Source of the DNA: Kudoa neothunni | Taxonomy: Eukaryota > Animalia > Cnidaria | Length of the DNA stretch: 64,000 nt | Assembly: GCA_964304625.1 (NCBI GenBank) | Contig: OZ199839.1 | Span: 1,986,093 to 2,050,092 of the forward strand | Reading direction: 5' to 3' | Shown: piece after piece, positions 1 to 13,719 of the stretch | Position numbering within the stretch: position 1 is the first letter of the stretch | Layout of the letters: each line of letters opens with the position of its first letter | The notes under the pieces: generated by a model | What the model saw: the letters and a program-made list of their open reading frames with translations, nothing else | Databases searched by the model: none | Told to the model about the DNA's origin: nothing | Translations under genes and position numbers: made by a program

Positions 1-1689
1 ACATAAGTTTGATTCGGATTTGTAATTTTAATGATTTTTTCGAATATGTTTAAAAATATTAGTGATCAGGTTTCTTCGCATTGGATAACTAGCTTTGTAG
101 ATATATATTATTATTATTATTAAGTTATGGTTAAAATACAACTGTTCTAATATTAAGTCATCACACGTAACTTACATGATTTTAAAATTTTTCCAAACCA
201 AACAATATTATTTTTACTAGCTACGCAATTCATCCATTGTGTTCTGTTAATAATTACTTAATATTCTATCAATGTGAGAATTTACTTTTATTTTTTGTAG
301 AAAAGTAACAGAAATGTTCGTCCTTGATTTAATGACTTATTTTGAACTCTAAGTGGAAATTTAGCTTATGAAATAAAGGGTCGGGTTCACTTGACTGTTT
401 GCTACTTGCGTGGGAATTTTACCACCAAAAACCATTAAATACAGCCATATTAAAAATGATTACTTATGAGATTGTATTTTGCCTAAATGTTTTCATGGTG
501 ATTTTTCTGTCTATTTATAAAATGCTTGATGAGGTTTTAACTGTGTTGTATGGTTTCTGGGACATTATTACATATTTAGCGTAATATATTTCAAAAATTG
601 GCAGTACAAACAAAAGAATTTTAGGAGAAAAATTGCAATAGAATATTAGAGGGGTTTATTTCTTGAAATTGTTACTATTTCTAGCCTAAAATGAAAATTC
701 CGATTTAATAACATTCGATGATTAATTATTTTATTGCTTTAATCACAAAAGTATATTAAAATTTATTATAATACCGCAGTATTCTCTTATTGTGACAATA
801 GATATATTTTTTTGATCATATTAGTATATGCATTCGTACATTCATATGCTCTATGTTTTAATTTGGTTTAATATAAATTTCATATACAAGGGTACCAACT
901 AATATATTATGTTAATGGATTTAAAATGTTTATCGATAAGGGCAAAATTTATTTTAATAAAGCATGCTTGTAAATATTTTTCGTAATTTAATTTCAAATT
1001 CAGTCCAGGTTCTAAAATCAAAATTCCTAATGATTTTTTATGTATGCGGAATTAAGATAAATGAAAGAGGAACTAATTTTTAGAAATTCATTGACCCATT
1101 TAAGGTTTCAACTACAGAAAATATTTTTTTTTAATTTTAGCATTAAATGATAAAAATAAAATTTTGAATTGATTATCAATCAAATGTAAGAGAAATATAA
1201 CCATAATAGAATTGAAACATTTGTTGATAGATAAATTCCATCTTAAAATTCAACTAAAATTTGTGGCTATAATAATAAATTTTAATTTATGATATACAAA
1301 TTCGTAATTTAACCATTTCGATACTCATATTTTGAAATCGTTTATAATCAAATAAAGTTCAGAAACTTCGTTATTATAATATTGAAGTTGGGGGAGTTAA
1401 AGTCATCAACAGTTTTTGAACGATTTAGAAACACCATTGGGTATGTTATTATCACAAAGCGAATTTTTGGTAAAAATGAAACTGATATATCTGAAAAAAT
1501 TTCAAATTCTTATCTTATTAAATTATTGACATATTTTAAAATTTATTTAATCCTTTCGTGTCCAAATTTTTATTTCGAGCTTAAAAAATTACATTTAATA
1601 ATACTATCTTTTTATCTTATCTGTAAAAATTTTAAATTTGAATAAAATAGTTAAACGAAACTTTTTTACATTTTCCATCAAGGGCATTA

Positions 1690-3895
1690 GAGTAACCTTT
1701 GGGCATCTGCGCAAAAAAGAATTTCAACAATAATCGTGGCTCAAAATAGATTGTTACGCAATTGTATAGTTTTATTTATTATGAAAAGAATAGAAACAAT
1801 CCCGTTCTTTTACTATGCAACGTGGGGTATTGCATTTCAAGCAAACGAATTGTGTCTCTCTTTTGCATAATCCACATCTGCTTTTTTTGTCTACCATTTC
1901 GGGGTAATGGCCGACATTGTCAGATATGAACGATTTAGATAAGTTGTTAATTCTATTTTGAGTAGAGTAACTAACCGACTCTGTATTCGTTGATGTATCA
2001 TGGGAAGGACGTCTACACTTTGTTGTTACATTTGATTGTTTATAGTAAATTATATGTTCACTGATTGACTGTGAAAAAGACAACAGATCCATTAATCTAT
2101 TATTGGGAATTTTCCTAATTTTGGAATTGGGGCGATACAACAACCAAGCATTAGTTATGGCTGGATTCAACCACCAAAAGAATATTTTCATATAAAATTT
2201 ACGGCACTGTTGGTTTAGTTTATATAACGCCATCAACATATCTGATAGGTCTACCCCATCCATATTTGTGTTGTACTCTGACACCACATTAGGGCATTCA
2301 ATAGTGATCATTCTTTTTGTACGCCGACCAAATCTCTTTATTGTTCCAACTGGCTCTGAAGAAGAATGTGTGGAAGAAAGTGTAACTACAGAGCCATCAC
2401 ACCATTTGGTTACCGCTATTCTGTTTGTTTTATTGGGGAAACTTCTGTGTGACCCACGACCTTTTTTGCCAAATTGATTTGGAGGTGATAATGAACAATT
2501 TTCAATTCAATTTCTTCTTATCTTTCCGACAGAGTAGATATTGCGCTCTTTTAAATTTTTTTGCAAGGGAATAGAGGTGAAAAAATTATCAAAGTATACG
2601 GAAAATGTTTTATGACTTGGAAGAGTCTCGCACAATTTTATCACAAAATCACCAGAAACCTGGCCACTCGAATTATCAAGTTTTGGTGCTTTTCCATCAT
2701 ACACCATACCACTAGTTCCGCATCTTGCAAATACTTTAAACCCTCATTTAATTTGTTTCTTAGGAAGGCATTGTTTAGCTTTACACTTCCCTCTGAAAAG
2801 TATCATTCGCTCATCAACTGAATGATAAACTTCGGGTTTAACTTTCAAAAACACAGACCGTAGGTATTCCAAGAAGGGTCGGATTTTAGCGAATCGATCA
2901 TATTTGGATGATGCTTGATCATTTTGTATGCTTTCATTATTGTTACAATGAAGTAATCTTGAGATTTTATCGAAAATGATTTCTTGAAAAGACGTTCGAG
3001 ACATGTGGGTAATCGAATGAGCTGCTCCAATAGCAGCGGTAACGCTGCATTCTTACAATTGCCATCAAGATAATTACGCCAAGAAACTTTTGAATTTCAT
3101 CCATATCTGTTAGAAAATTGATACCACATTGAACTGCATAAACATTAGTTTCGTTTGTAATCATTTCGATCAATGCTTGGCTAAAAAAGAATTTGAAATG
3201 ATCAATTGGAGAGAACAACTCTTCCACATCTTCAAATTCATCTACCGTAACGACATCGCACGGAACAGAGGGCCAGGGTCCTCCACGTGTCCATTTAATA
3301 TTTGAGTTATCATCATCACGCTCAAAATCATCTGATGATGAAACACATAAATCAACATCGTTTAAGTTTGTTGAACACCTAACCTCATCATCAGAAGCCG
3401 TGTCAGGATCTGAAAAATCAGCAGCTGGAAGAACGATCACTTTGGTTAGGGTGTGGCCATCATTCAGCTTGGTAACGTTGAAGTCGTGATCCATTTTGTT
3501 TTAAAAAAATCAGCGTGCGTGCCCAAAGGTCATCCTGAGGAACACGTATATTTTTTTATATATTTATTCGATGCATTTTGAAATTTTAATGTAAGGGTTG
3601 AAAAATAAATATTTACGATGTTATATAAATTTAATATTTTTTATGTATCGATATCTCTAATAATGATAGTGTAATAAATCAACAAATAATACGACTTCAC
3701 CAAACAATAATCTAGAAAAGTAAGCTGTAATATAAATATAATGATTTTTCAATAAATTATGGTTTATCTTATTTTAAGGTAGAAGAAATCCCAAAATCTT
3801 AGAAACATAATAAACCATTTTAAACTATCTATAATTAAGATGCGATGAACATAATAATCAATTGTTCCCTAGGATGACCTTTGGGCATGGAAAGA
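1690..3895 (-). mobile_element. Decayed piggyBac (PGBD3-like) DNA transposon; left terminus not resolved
   Basis: Right end ...GATGACCTTTGGGCATGGAAAGA|TTAA (TTAA 3896-3899). Subterminal repeat GACCTTTGGGCA-like recurs at ~1694 and inverted at ~3520. Encloses transposase fragments. Confidence 0.8.
1772..3494 (-). pseudogene. Frameshifted piggyBac transposase
   Basis: Four ORF fragments with piggyBac motifs: acidic N-terminus, 'SVDERMILFRGK', 'VYFDNFFTS', 'YNTNMDGVDLSD' and C-terminal Cys-rich domain 'RCGLC..CLKC..C..DCF..FH'. Confidence 0.92.
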
Positions 3896-4939
3896 TTAAA
3901 AAGAGGTTATAGAAATATACAGCCTGAGGAATTTGTTCGGCGTAATGCGGTGAATATGTCAACGTAAGTGGGATTAATTGTCGAAGTTATATTAAATTTA
4001 CTTTGATCAAAAAATGTCATATTCAAATCAAATAAGATACTTTTTTCATTAACTTGGGAAAAACGTAAATTATTTTATTGAACAAATCTTGAAAGTTCTG
4101 CAAAGCCAACGGATTACATGATTTTAAACAACATGAATTTTGTAATACATAGATATAATTAGGTCCAGTTTCAAATAGACAAATGTGATACAAAGTCCTT
4201 AAGGCCGTGGCTTCCATCCTTTTGGGCGTCTTCGAACTCTTATCAATTAATATGAGGATTGTGTTAAGAATTCAGTATATATATTTTTAAAGGGCTAAAA
4301 AAAAGTCACATATTCATTTTCTATCTTTTCAATCATAACACAACAAATAACAAATGATATAAATATATAACTAATGAGATTTGTGCTGCTATTTTTCGGA
4401 AGCTATTTTATGTATTCTTAATTCAATTTTCGAATCCCGGTTGGAAATCACTGCCTTAAGGCATTTAAAACAATGAATAAATGATTAAAGGTCTATATTT
4501 TGGCTTAGACGCGAAAATGTTCTCTTAGGAAACATTGGCACATGCCTCGCTCAATACAGGAAGGGTTAACCCGTAACATTTTCAGAATAAAAGATTTCAT
4601 TCACAATCCATTCCAATATCATTTAAAAAATGATTTCCATTTGGCGTTTTCGTTCATTGTGTATAATAATTTCGTGTACTCAAAAAAATTAAAACTCAAT
4701 CCAAGTTTCCAAAATGTTGATAAGAAATTCTATTCTGAGTCCAAAATCGTTTCATTTAGTTTAATTATTTTTCGAAGATTTAAATATTTTAAAGATATAA
4801 GAACTACAACAGATTAAATAGGAGAAAAAATAGGAATTAAGGTTATTTCGCGTGGCAAGTGGAGGGGGCAAGAAGAAGCCAATCAAATAATTATATATTC
4901 TAAAATTATAAAGCGCGAAGAAAATTGAAATCGCTGGTG

Positions 4940-5448
4940 TCAATCGTTAAATGATTCGGCTACCCACGATGAATAACCTCGTTGGAGGTTGCATGCACTA
5001 TAAAAACAGTTAAAGAACGCGACTTTATTAAAGTTCAACTTTTTAAAGCCATTATCTTTGGCCATTTCAAGAGCTTGTGCGCTCCTCACACCAATTCCAC
5101 AGTTGAAAATCACTAGAGAATCTTTTTGTGGTTTATCAACATCGTAGGTTTCCTTGAATTGAGCGTCACTCATTGTCAAAGCACCTGCCAATTTGTTTAC
5201 TAAAATGGAGTTCATCTTTGATGGATTAAAATCAATATTTTACAGGGAATATTCAACGCCGAGTCAATATGACCATCGGTGTATTCTTGTGGTGTACGCA
5301 CATCTATAATATAGAAACTTTTCGGTTTGTTAGCCATTATTTCTTTTAATTGGGTGACACTTATATTTTCTTCGACCATTTTTCTCCAAGATATGAACCT
5401 TCTACCTAAGGAACGATTAGCAATTCCAGCGAGACTATTCGCAAGCAT
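4940..5448 (-). CDS. Single-domain rhodanese / thiosulfate sulfurtransferase-like protein (TSTD/RDL type), 3 exons, possible mitochondrial presequence
   Basis: 'IIDVRTPQEYTDGHIDSALNIP' and active-site 'FNCGIGVRS'. GT-AG introns of 44 nt (~5200-5243) and 42 nt (~4998-5039) restore one frame. N-terminus is Arg/Ser-rich and lacks acidic residues. Confidence 0.9.
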
Positions 5449-6464
5449 ACCACCTCAGAAATAGGCTTACCTGTGTATGATCGATTCACGCTTGGTGGAT
5501 TAATCGAACGCCGCAACGTATTGATTTGGATGCCGCATTTTTGTGCAATGTTTTCAACCGAAGCCTGAATACGTCTTTTTTATTTTAATCGATAAACACT
5601 TAATCCTATCAATTGTTTGTGTGAGTGTGGTGAATAAACCTGCCAAAATGTCAACACCACTGATCAAATCACAATGAAACATATTTTCAAAACAATTCAT
5701 TGAATGACAATCCACACTTTTTTGTTATCCCAAAAGTGAGAAACCCTAAAAATTTGAGCATTTAAAATTTATTTGTCCTAATTGATGACCAGTCGGTCCC
5801 AACTTAAAAAACCTCAATTCAAATTTGATATTTAATAGGACATTCGGTATGTGTATCGAAATAGAAAAATATAAAGGTGACATTTTAAGTTGTTATACCT
5901 CTTCAAATTTTATTCATTAATGAAAGGAAAGCCTTATTAAATCATTTACCAAAATCTCTATATATTATTATCTAGTCAATAGAAAACTTAGATACTATTA
6001 GAGTAATCATTTAATGATCTTTTGGACTTCCGATGCTAAGTAAAAACTAACCCTGTGATAAATAACAGGCATAAAGCACGTGTGGTTAAGTACTTAGACA
6101 TCAATTATGTAGTCCCTGTGATTGAGCCTTATTTCTGTTTAATGTTTGTTTCACTTTTTTCACCTTTAAACTTCTATGAAAACAGACATACGGAAAATAG
6201 ATTCAGTTAATCTGATGCGCACGCGCACACAAGTGGGCTCAATGCGAAGAATTCGATATGAACTTGGGATGATTAGAAATGCATTAAAAACACACCCACA
6301 TTACCGATAATCCTGTAGAATCATTGGGCATAACCTCTCGGTCATCTTTGTGATTAATCTGACTCCAGACCACTTTGTTATGCGTATTAAATATAATGAT
6401 AAATTCCCTATTCCATTTAAACTCAGGCTATTTTCCTGAAACAGGTTATTTTATACGATATTAC

Positions 6465-6594
6465 CAGGAATGGCAAATTCGTGAGTTTCGTTCGTGTTCG
6501 TTCACACAATCAAAAATTGTTACAAGTGGAAATGAACGAACACGAACGAAATCACAATTTTAAAATTTTTGAACGAACGAAATTGCCAGCCCTG
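6465..6594. mobile_element. 130-bp hAT-type MITE
   Basis: TIRs CAGGAATGGCAAATTCG / CGAAATTGCCAGCCCTG, internal inverted TTCGTTCGTGTTCGTTC repeats, 8-bp TSD-like GATATTAC / TTTATTAC. Confidence 0.75.
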
Positions 6595-7017
6595 TTTATT
6601 ACAAATATCGGGAATGAGTAATTAGTTTGCGGACTATTCAAATTACATTTACTCTCGTTGAGGTCGGATTGACCACAACGACGTCTTGTTACACTCCAAG
6701 CATGTCATTATTTTCACTTATAGTAAAAAATATTTTGACAGGTTTGGTAGGTTGAAAATTTTTCTAATCGTAGAACTTAACAAATAAACGTACAATAAGT
6801 ATTTCACGCTTATAAACGAACGTATCCGGAAATTTGAAATTGAAAACTGAATAGTTATCATTACGATTTTTGTTCCGAAAATAACATTGAATTCATAAAC
6901 TATGTTAAACATTCACAATTATTTAATTATTGTTACAAAAATATACAATCGAACCTCGATTATCCGGAACATTTGGAACCAGCGGTTTCCTTTCCGGTAA
7001 CTAGGTTCCAGTTTATC

Positions 7018-10000
7018 CAGGGGTCTCCAAAGTGATCGATATCGACCCCTTGAAGTCGATGAGAACTTCTAGGGGTTCATTACGTGTTATAGAGATTCCA
7101 CAGAATTTTATGGGCTTTTAAGGTAATGCTTCCCATCTTTCTACCCCATACTACATTATTTAATATAATTAATTAAAACTAACCCATAACCTTATTTATT
7201 TATTTATTTTTTGGTTAAAATCAATCTCTACTTACCTTAAGTTATACCATGTATTTTTTTTTCAATTACGTAGAGACTTTGCGGCTCTTAAAAATCTAGT
7301 AAATACATTGGCGTTAAATTTTCCTAAAATTTAAATGTTCGCTGGTATTGATTGTTACCAACAGTATATAAAGCAATTACGATTGTTTACATTAAGTTTA
7401 TAATTGACTAAGGAGGATAATTTTTGCGTTTAAAATTAGTTTGAATCAAAATTACAAAAGCTACGAGAATAATTTGCGATTGTCGTTTCAACCACAGTGG
7501 ACACTTCGAGAACGCTACCAACGACTTCTTTTTTTGAAACATTATCTTAAGGTAAAAATCAGGATATTCTTATTAACTTTTGGAAACAGCCATAATAAAG
7601 TATTAACATTCCTATACATGGTGTAACCTAACCTTAAAATTTGCTATTGTACTTGTGCAAAAGTATGCAACTATAAGGCAGTGTCTAATGGTCCGGCAGA
7701 TAAGTTCTATGATTGATTTGACTTGTTGGCACGACAAAACGAAAAATAAAATTTTTTTGGATGAATGTTATATGTTATATTAAACGTTTAAAAACATACA
7801 TTTAATGTGTTAGTCGTTCCAGATGGAATGTATTACCGATGTAGCTTGATTATGCTATTCAGATTTTATTATTTTATTTTAAGTTGTATTTTTATATTTT
7901 TCGTGGAAATTTATGAAAAAATTTATTAATTAGCCATAGTATCTATGTAAAACTTTAACGCTGAATTTTATGAATCTTGTACCCAAGGTAGCGTAGTTAT
8001 ACGTACACAATGAACAGCATCGAAATTAGTTGTAGAAGATAGTGATGTTAACACTAATGAGAATAGTATTTTTAACGTCGTTGATACGTTTTGTCGCTTT
8101 TCAGAGCTGAAGTTGAGAATCTAACAGTTTGAATTTCAGGACAAAAACAATATTTCCATACTGGATTGCAAAGTCATTGAGAGCACACAAAAACGATGTG
8201 ATCGAGTGTCATAACGTCACATAAAATTAATCTGTGATATTATATAAAAATTTAAATAATAAAGTAAATACTCTTTCTTTTGTAAGCAGAACTAGTTATT
8301 ATAAGACAAATTCGATCAGAATCATCGTTTTTAAATTAATTTCTATGATCTTAATAAGTGTCTATAATTATGTTTTATACTTGGAAACTTATGGACGATA
8401 ATTACGATATCTTACATGTAACTGGCATTATATAAGCCTAGCATTTGGGAATATTCTACCATAATTGATATGGTTTCTTTGAAAATTAAATAAAGATGTA
8501 TAATTACTCTGTTGGGATAATAAAAAATGTTTAGTTTACTTAAATAATTAATGTAATTGTTATAAATTTTAAGATATGAATACGCTAAACTACTTGGTTT
8601 TTTGACCAAATGAATCATTTGTATGTTAAGCATCGTGGGAACTAGCTAATTAGTATTAATTTATTGAGATTAAATATCGATAAATTATCGGATTGATATC
8701 AATATTATTTTATTATTTATGAAAATAGATTAAAATATATTTGATCATTATTATTTGTAGGTGTACTTCAAGGGTCAATATAACACTAAGTTACGTCATC
8801 AGAAAACGTAAATATGAAATTTAATTTTTTATGGAAAAATTAAACATGGTGAATTCTTTGATTCAAAAATATAACATTTTATGCAAGCATAAGATGTTTC
8901 ACAAGTTTAACTGTGAAAATTTTGATGCTATCCTTCTCTAAATAGGGTCCTCCTATATATTCTTCAATGAAACCTAACTTGTAGATATATTTATCATTTA
9001 AATGTTACTTATAATGTTAAGTTTAATTGTATACCAACTTAAAATCAATTTAAAAAACATGCGATGCTAATCTGCCGTGCCAATAGACACTGCCCAACTA
9101 TAATCATATACAAGCGACCCAACTTGGGAGGCCTAATGAGGAGGGTTTGGAAAAAATTCATTGATTGAAGTTATGTGATTAATTGCAATAATTTATTGGG
9201 AGCCGCATTTAATCGAAATTAATTGTAACTATGATAATTTTATTTAATACACTATAACTAAAGATATTTTTTATTATAATTGTCTTTATCTTTGAATTCA
9301 TTCATTTGTGTTATAAATTTTTCAGCATCATGTCTAATGATTTATAATTTGTCGATTTTCATTCTTTTTTAAATTGTGATCTACATCCATTTGTCTCAAC
9401 TCTCTAGAACATATTTTATAAAAAAACTATTATTCACTTAATCATAGAGTATATATATATTTTGCATTTTAGACTTCATTTGTATCAGATAATGCATCTT
9501 CTTATCTAATGCCAGATTCACATGACCTAATTTTGATTAGTGGTAACGACTAATTTTTAAAAGTCTTCTATTATATAAACTAATTATTTAATGTAATCCA
9601 AATATTGACCAACTTCGATTCCAATTAATATTTTAACCAAAAATTTCTAACATAAATTTTTATTCTTTCCGCGTGACTAATTGAATACGAATGTTTTGTT
9701 ATTCGTTCATCAATTTATGCAACTTAAAATGTTAAATATCCTGTTTTCACGTTTATAAGGTTAATGTCGACAAAATATTTTAATCCAAATCTAGATTTTT
9801 GGAACCAAAATTTGAATCATCTTTTTAAATTCACGTATTTGAATTATTTTTGTTTACTCTTATCTTTATTATTATATAACGGTAATATTATGGTAGCATG
9901 TATCATTTATTATTTTTCCAAGTTTTTATCTCGATTTCATATTTAATTTTTCTATAATAGACAATAATGTAAGACGAAGTAAATTATAATCTAGGTTAAT

Positions 10001-10910
10001 TAATATTAAACATATTAAAAATAATTTATGAACATATTTATTTTTATAGCTAAAATAAGAACGATTAACGTTTTATTACAAGCATTTTCGTTAAAATAAC
10101 TGGTATTAATAAGGGTTTTTTATACAATCTAGCGCTTTTCGTTAATGTATTAGTTTAATTTTATAATTCACAAAATATCTATTTGTTTTTAAGGACAAAA
10201 TATTTCTAGTTTTATTAATCAAATAATGATTATAAAGAAAATATAGTTTTTAACAATTTTTATCTCAATTTTTAATATTAAGGACTGATACATTTGAAAA
10301 ATAAGAATCTAGCTTCAATTATTTTTAGTCGTTTGGATTTGGCTATCTCAAATAAAAACTATCATATATAAAATAGTTTATTGGGTAAAATATATTTAAA
10401 ATATTGAGTTTGATTTGGTTTTGATTGCAAATATTAACAATTAGTATGAAAATATACCTCTAGAAAAATTTTAATGATTGCAATTAATTGCAATCATTGA
10501 TTATGACAGAGTGAAATAAAAATCAATTGATTCCAAGAAAAATATTTTATTTTTACCAATTGCAGTCAATTATTCCTAACCCCTGCTAATGAGTATGATA
10601 TATGATGAAAAACGTAATCGTTGTAATAAATTTTCGAATATAGTTTTTTTCTGTATGACTTGATTGTAATTATCTGTATAAAGTTACAAATATATAAGAT
10701 TTTTCTGATATATTTTGATGTCGCATGGTTAGTAAATGATATTTTATCGATTAGTATAATTTTGCATTTTATTTTACATTGGAAATAAAATATCAATTGA
10801 GTGTATTACAGATATTTGTATTTGTAACAGTCAAAAATCAGAAAATACTTTAATATTTTTAATGAAATCACTTGAGGGAGTCAACGAAAACAAAAGTTTG
10901 GAGGCCGTCA
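7018..10910. mobile_element. Decayed hAT element nested in MITE copy 1
   Basis: TIR CAGGGGTCTCCAAAGT / AGTTTGGAGGCCGTCA. Degenerate 8-bp TSD AGTTTATC / GGCTAATC (empty site GGTTAATC in the other copies). 'RLSFQPQWT' hAT-like N-terminal remnant at ~7480. Confidence 0.65.
9141..10585. mobile_element. Non-autonomous hAT element nested inside the 7018-10910 hAT
   Basis: Perfect 8-bp TSD CTAATGAG (9133-9140, 10586-10593). TIR-like GAGGGTTTGGAAAAAATT / AATTATTCCTAACCCCTG. Subterminal TAATTGCAAT repeats at both ends. Confidence 0.75.
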
Positions 10911-11116
10911 GGCTAATCGGTCATAAACAATGATAAATGATATACGCACACGCGCTTTTTTTAAAATTTCTGCTTATAAGATTATTTACTTGATTTATGA
11001 ACAATTTTTACTATTTAACAAGTAAAATAGTTCAACCTCTGCAACTTGAATTAAAAACATTGGCATATCTATTAACTAAGGATATGAAGATTTATAGGAA
11101 AAATAGCATATAATTA

Positions 11117-13284
11117 GATAGTGTCTCTTTCCACTACACCGGTGCACGCGCGGGGGATTATAGGATTATATTTATTTCGCTTTTTCTGTAGGTTACAGCG
11201 CGTTTACAAACAAAACAGCCCATAAAAATGATAAAATATATTTTTCAGATATTACTTATTTATGTAAAATGATTACAGATTATAAAACTTAACTGTTATT
11301 TTTTGAAACATATTATCGATATATATTTCCAAGGTTTATGATTAAGGAATGCGATATTAATCAAAAAAAAGAATTATTTTCTTCATGAATACAAAAAGAT
11401 AATTTATATTGCATCAAAATTAATTTTAGGTTAGAATTCACAATAGTCAACCGAGTGTCTTCTCGTATAATCAACAATGTGAGGTGAACTCTATAAATAA
11501 AGCTCCACATATAAAATTGAAATTGCGAAATTTATTTTAACAATATAATTTGGCGACGACATGTTTATATTATTTTCGGGCTCACGTGTAATGTTAGTGA
11601 GTCGGTCTTAATAAACTAATATGGCGGAATGTGTACACAGATTATTTAAAAGTCAATTTTGTTGGTATACCGAAATGAAACAATGTCTCGATAATTTTAT
11701 TAAAGTACTGTTGTAAAATATTAAATTCTTACATTAAAATAAAGGAATCTGGTTTCTCCTATAGAATTGGTAGGCGCATCCAACTTAAAAATGAAGATAA
11801 TCAGTCGGATAATGTTAATAATAACAAAGAAAAATTGATTTACAGATATATTAAATATATCTGCCCACATGGCGACGTTAACTATTCAAAAAAAGTACAT
11901 CTGCACCTCAGTCCTCGCTATCAAAAGGTTGTCCAGCATTTATTACCATATCTACTCAAAATGAAGCGTTATATGTGCTTAATTACAATATAACTCACAA
12001 TCATGTAAAATACGACGTATCCTTCTACCGGCATAATCATAATGTATCGGATGGGATGAAACGAACACTGTCATTGTGTTTTAATTGGGGTGCAGATAAC
12101 AAAAGAATAAAAGAAAGTCTTGAATCCGATTTGAAAACCCCTTTCAGTTTAAAAAAAATTAGAAACATGAAATATCGCACAAAGAAGAATACTCGAGAAT
12201 CATTCTCAATGGAAGATCTTTCTAATAAATACGATGAATATCTATTCTTTTTAGATGAAATAAAACAAACGAATAGCACATACTTTTTGTACCTTTCAAA
12301 ATTTTGGTTAGGTATTTCTGATATGTGGGCACAAAATCTGAGAAAAAACATAATGACTTTTGGATCCAATACTAACAATAGAATTGAACAAGCCCATGGA
12401 AAACTCAAAAGTTTTTTATCTAAGCAATCTCCATTACCAAATCAGATAGATGAAATTCTTCGTTATGCTAATATATTGGATAGCGAATTCAGTATCAAAG
12501 AACAACAATTATCTATGAACACACATAGGATATCCAGTGATGCTGAATCAAATCAACTCCTCATTCATTTTTCTCCTTATTTTTGGGAAAAGATTTTAGA
12601 AAATTTCAATTCCAATAATTATATTACAATGTGGGAATCAAAAACTTATTTTTTTGTTCACCTAAAATCAAACTCTGCTATGGTTATTAAAAGTAATGAA
12701 ACAATCGTCTGTGACTGTCAATTCTTCATACAGCATAATCTATCTTGCAATCAGCTGATCACTCTAATGAAATTATCTATAATAAGTAGTGAATCAATCG
12801 TTACAACAAGATGGACTAAAAATAACCTTTTAAATGGAAAATCATCCGCTATATTTCCTGAAATTTGCGATGATAATTCACCATTGTCGAATTCATTTGT
12901 TGATAACGAAATGTTATTAGAGGATTCTCCTTCAAAGGATGATAATGTGAATTTAAAGTTTCGACAAAACAATGAGATATTCAACTCACTTCAAAATTTT
13001 GAAAAAACTGTCACCCATAGTATAAGTGAAAAAAATGCGCCAAATAAAATAATAACGTTCCAAATGAAAGAGGTTATATCGTAAGGTAGACCTAGAGTCC
13101 CAAAAAATTATTTGAAATTTTCAAAATAACGTTCTGACTAGTTATTCTAATACAAAAAAATATATTTTATCATTTTAATGGGCTGTTTTGTTTGTGAACG
13201 CGCTGTAACCTACAGAAAAAGCGAAATAAATATAATCCTATAATCCCCCGCGCATGCACCGGCGTAGTGGAAAGAGACACTATC
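11117..13284 (+). mobile_element. Mutator-like element (MULE) with ~125-bp TIRs and 9-bp TSD
   Basis: TIR GATAGTGTCTCTTTCCACTAC... / ...GTAGTGGAAAGAGACACTATC. TSD ATATAATTA at 11108-11116 and 13285-13293; single copy at the empty site in MITE copy 2. Confidence 0.95.
11621..13084 (+). pseudogene. Internally deleted MULE transposase (FAR1/ZSWIM3-like)
   Basis: Exon 1 from ATG 11621 followed by an intron. 'YICPHG...KGCPAFI...THNH' zinc finger with one frameshift at the A-run near 11890. 'TNNRIE' motif and SWIM-like 'CDC...CNQ'. Central catalytic D..D segment is absent. Confidence 0.8.
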
Positions 13285-13719
13285 ATATAATTACGGGATA
13301 AAAACACGCCTACAAAGGAGCAATATACTTTTTTAAATAATCGGTCATTAATTTTTGTTTAAAATACATACGGTCATATGTTCAGATACCGTACAAATTT
13401 ATATAGGAACTGAATGCTTAACGTAAGTTTAAAAAAAATTTATAAATAATTAACCTAGAAATATTTTTGCTCTAAATGTTACATTGCTGTATATGCTACA
13501 TTTCATATGTCGTGCGGTGATTGGTGGTACTTTTATGCTGAATTAGGATTGAATAGTTGTTCCGGATAATCGAATATTTATCGACACGTAATTTCAAAGA
13601 AACCCAAATAAAATTAAAACTATCTTCCGAATAATCGAGGTTCGACTGTATTGTACAAGGATAAAAATGGATTATAAAAAATTTTCTTTGTGGTGCGCAC
13701 GCGAGTCCAGAAGCATGGG

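Larger units (their letters stand above)
6946..13648. mobile_element. Tc1/mariner-superfamily (pogo/Tigger-like) MITE, copy 1, split by hAT and MULE insertions
   Basis: TA|CAATCGAACCTCGATTATCCGGA ... TTCCGAATAATCGAGGTTCGACTG|TA. Pieces 6946-7017, 10911-11116 and 13285-13648 align in inverted orientation to the intact copy at 18791-19424. Confidence 0.85.

Noticed and set aside
399-1645. Short I/L/F/K/N-rich ORFs here and in other intergenic stretches (e.g. 8412, 19653, 35540, 39349)
   Set aside because: Composition is as expected from random AT-rich DNA, with no motifs or splice structure.
6054-6692. Possible solo LTR (TGTGATA...TGTTACA)
   Set aside because: No matching TSD and no second copy in the window.
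12037-12984. Minus-strand ORFs of 123 aa and 77 aa (possible mudrB-like second gene)
   Set aside because: They fully overlap the transposase antisense and have shadow-ORF composition.
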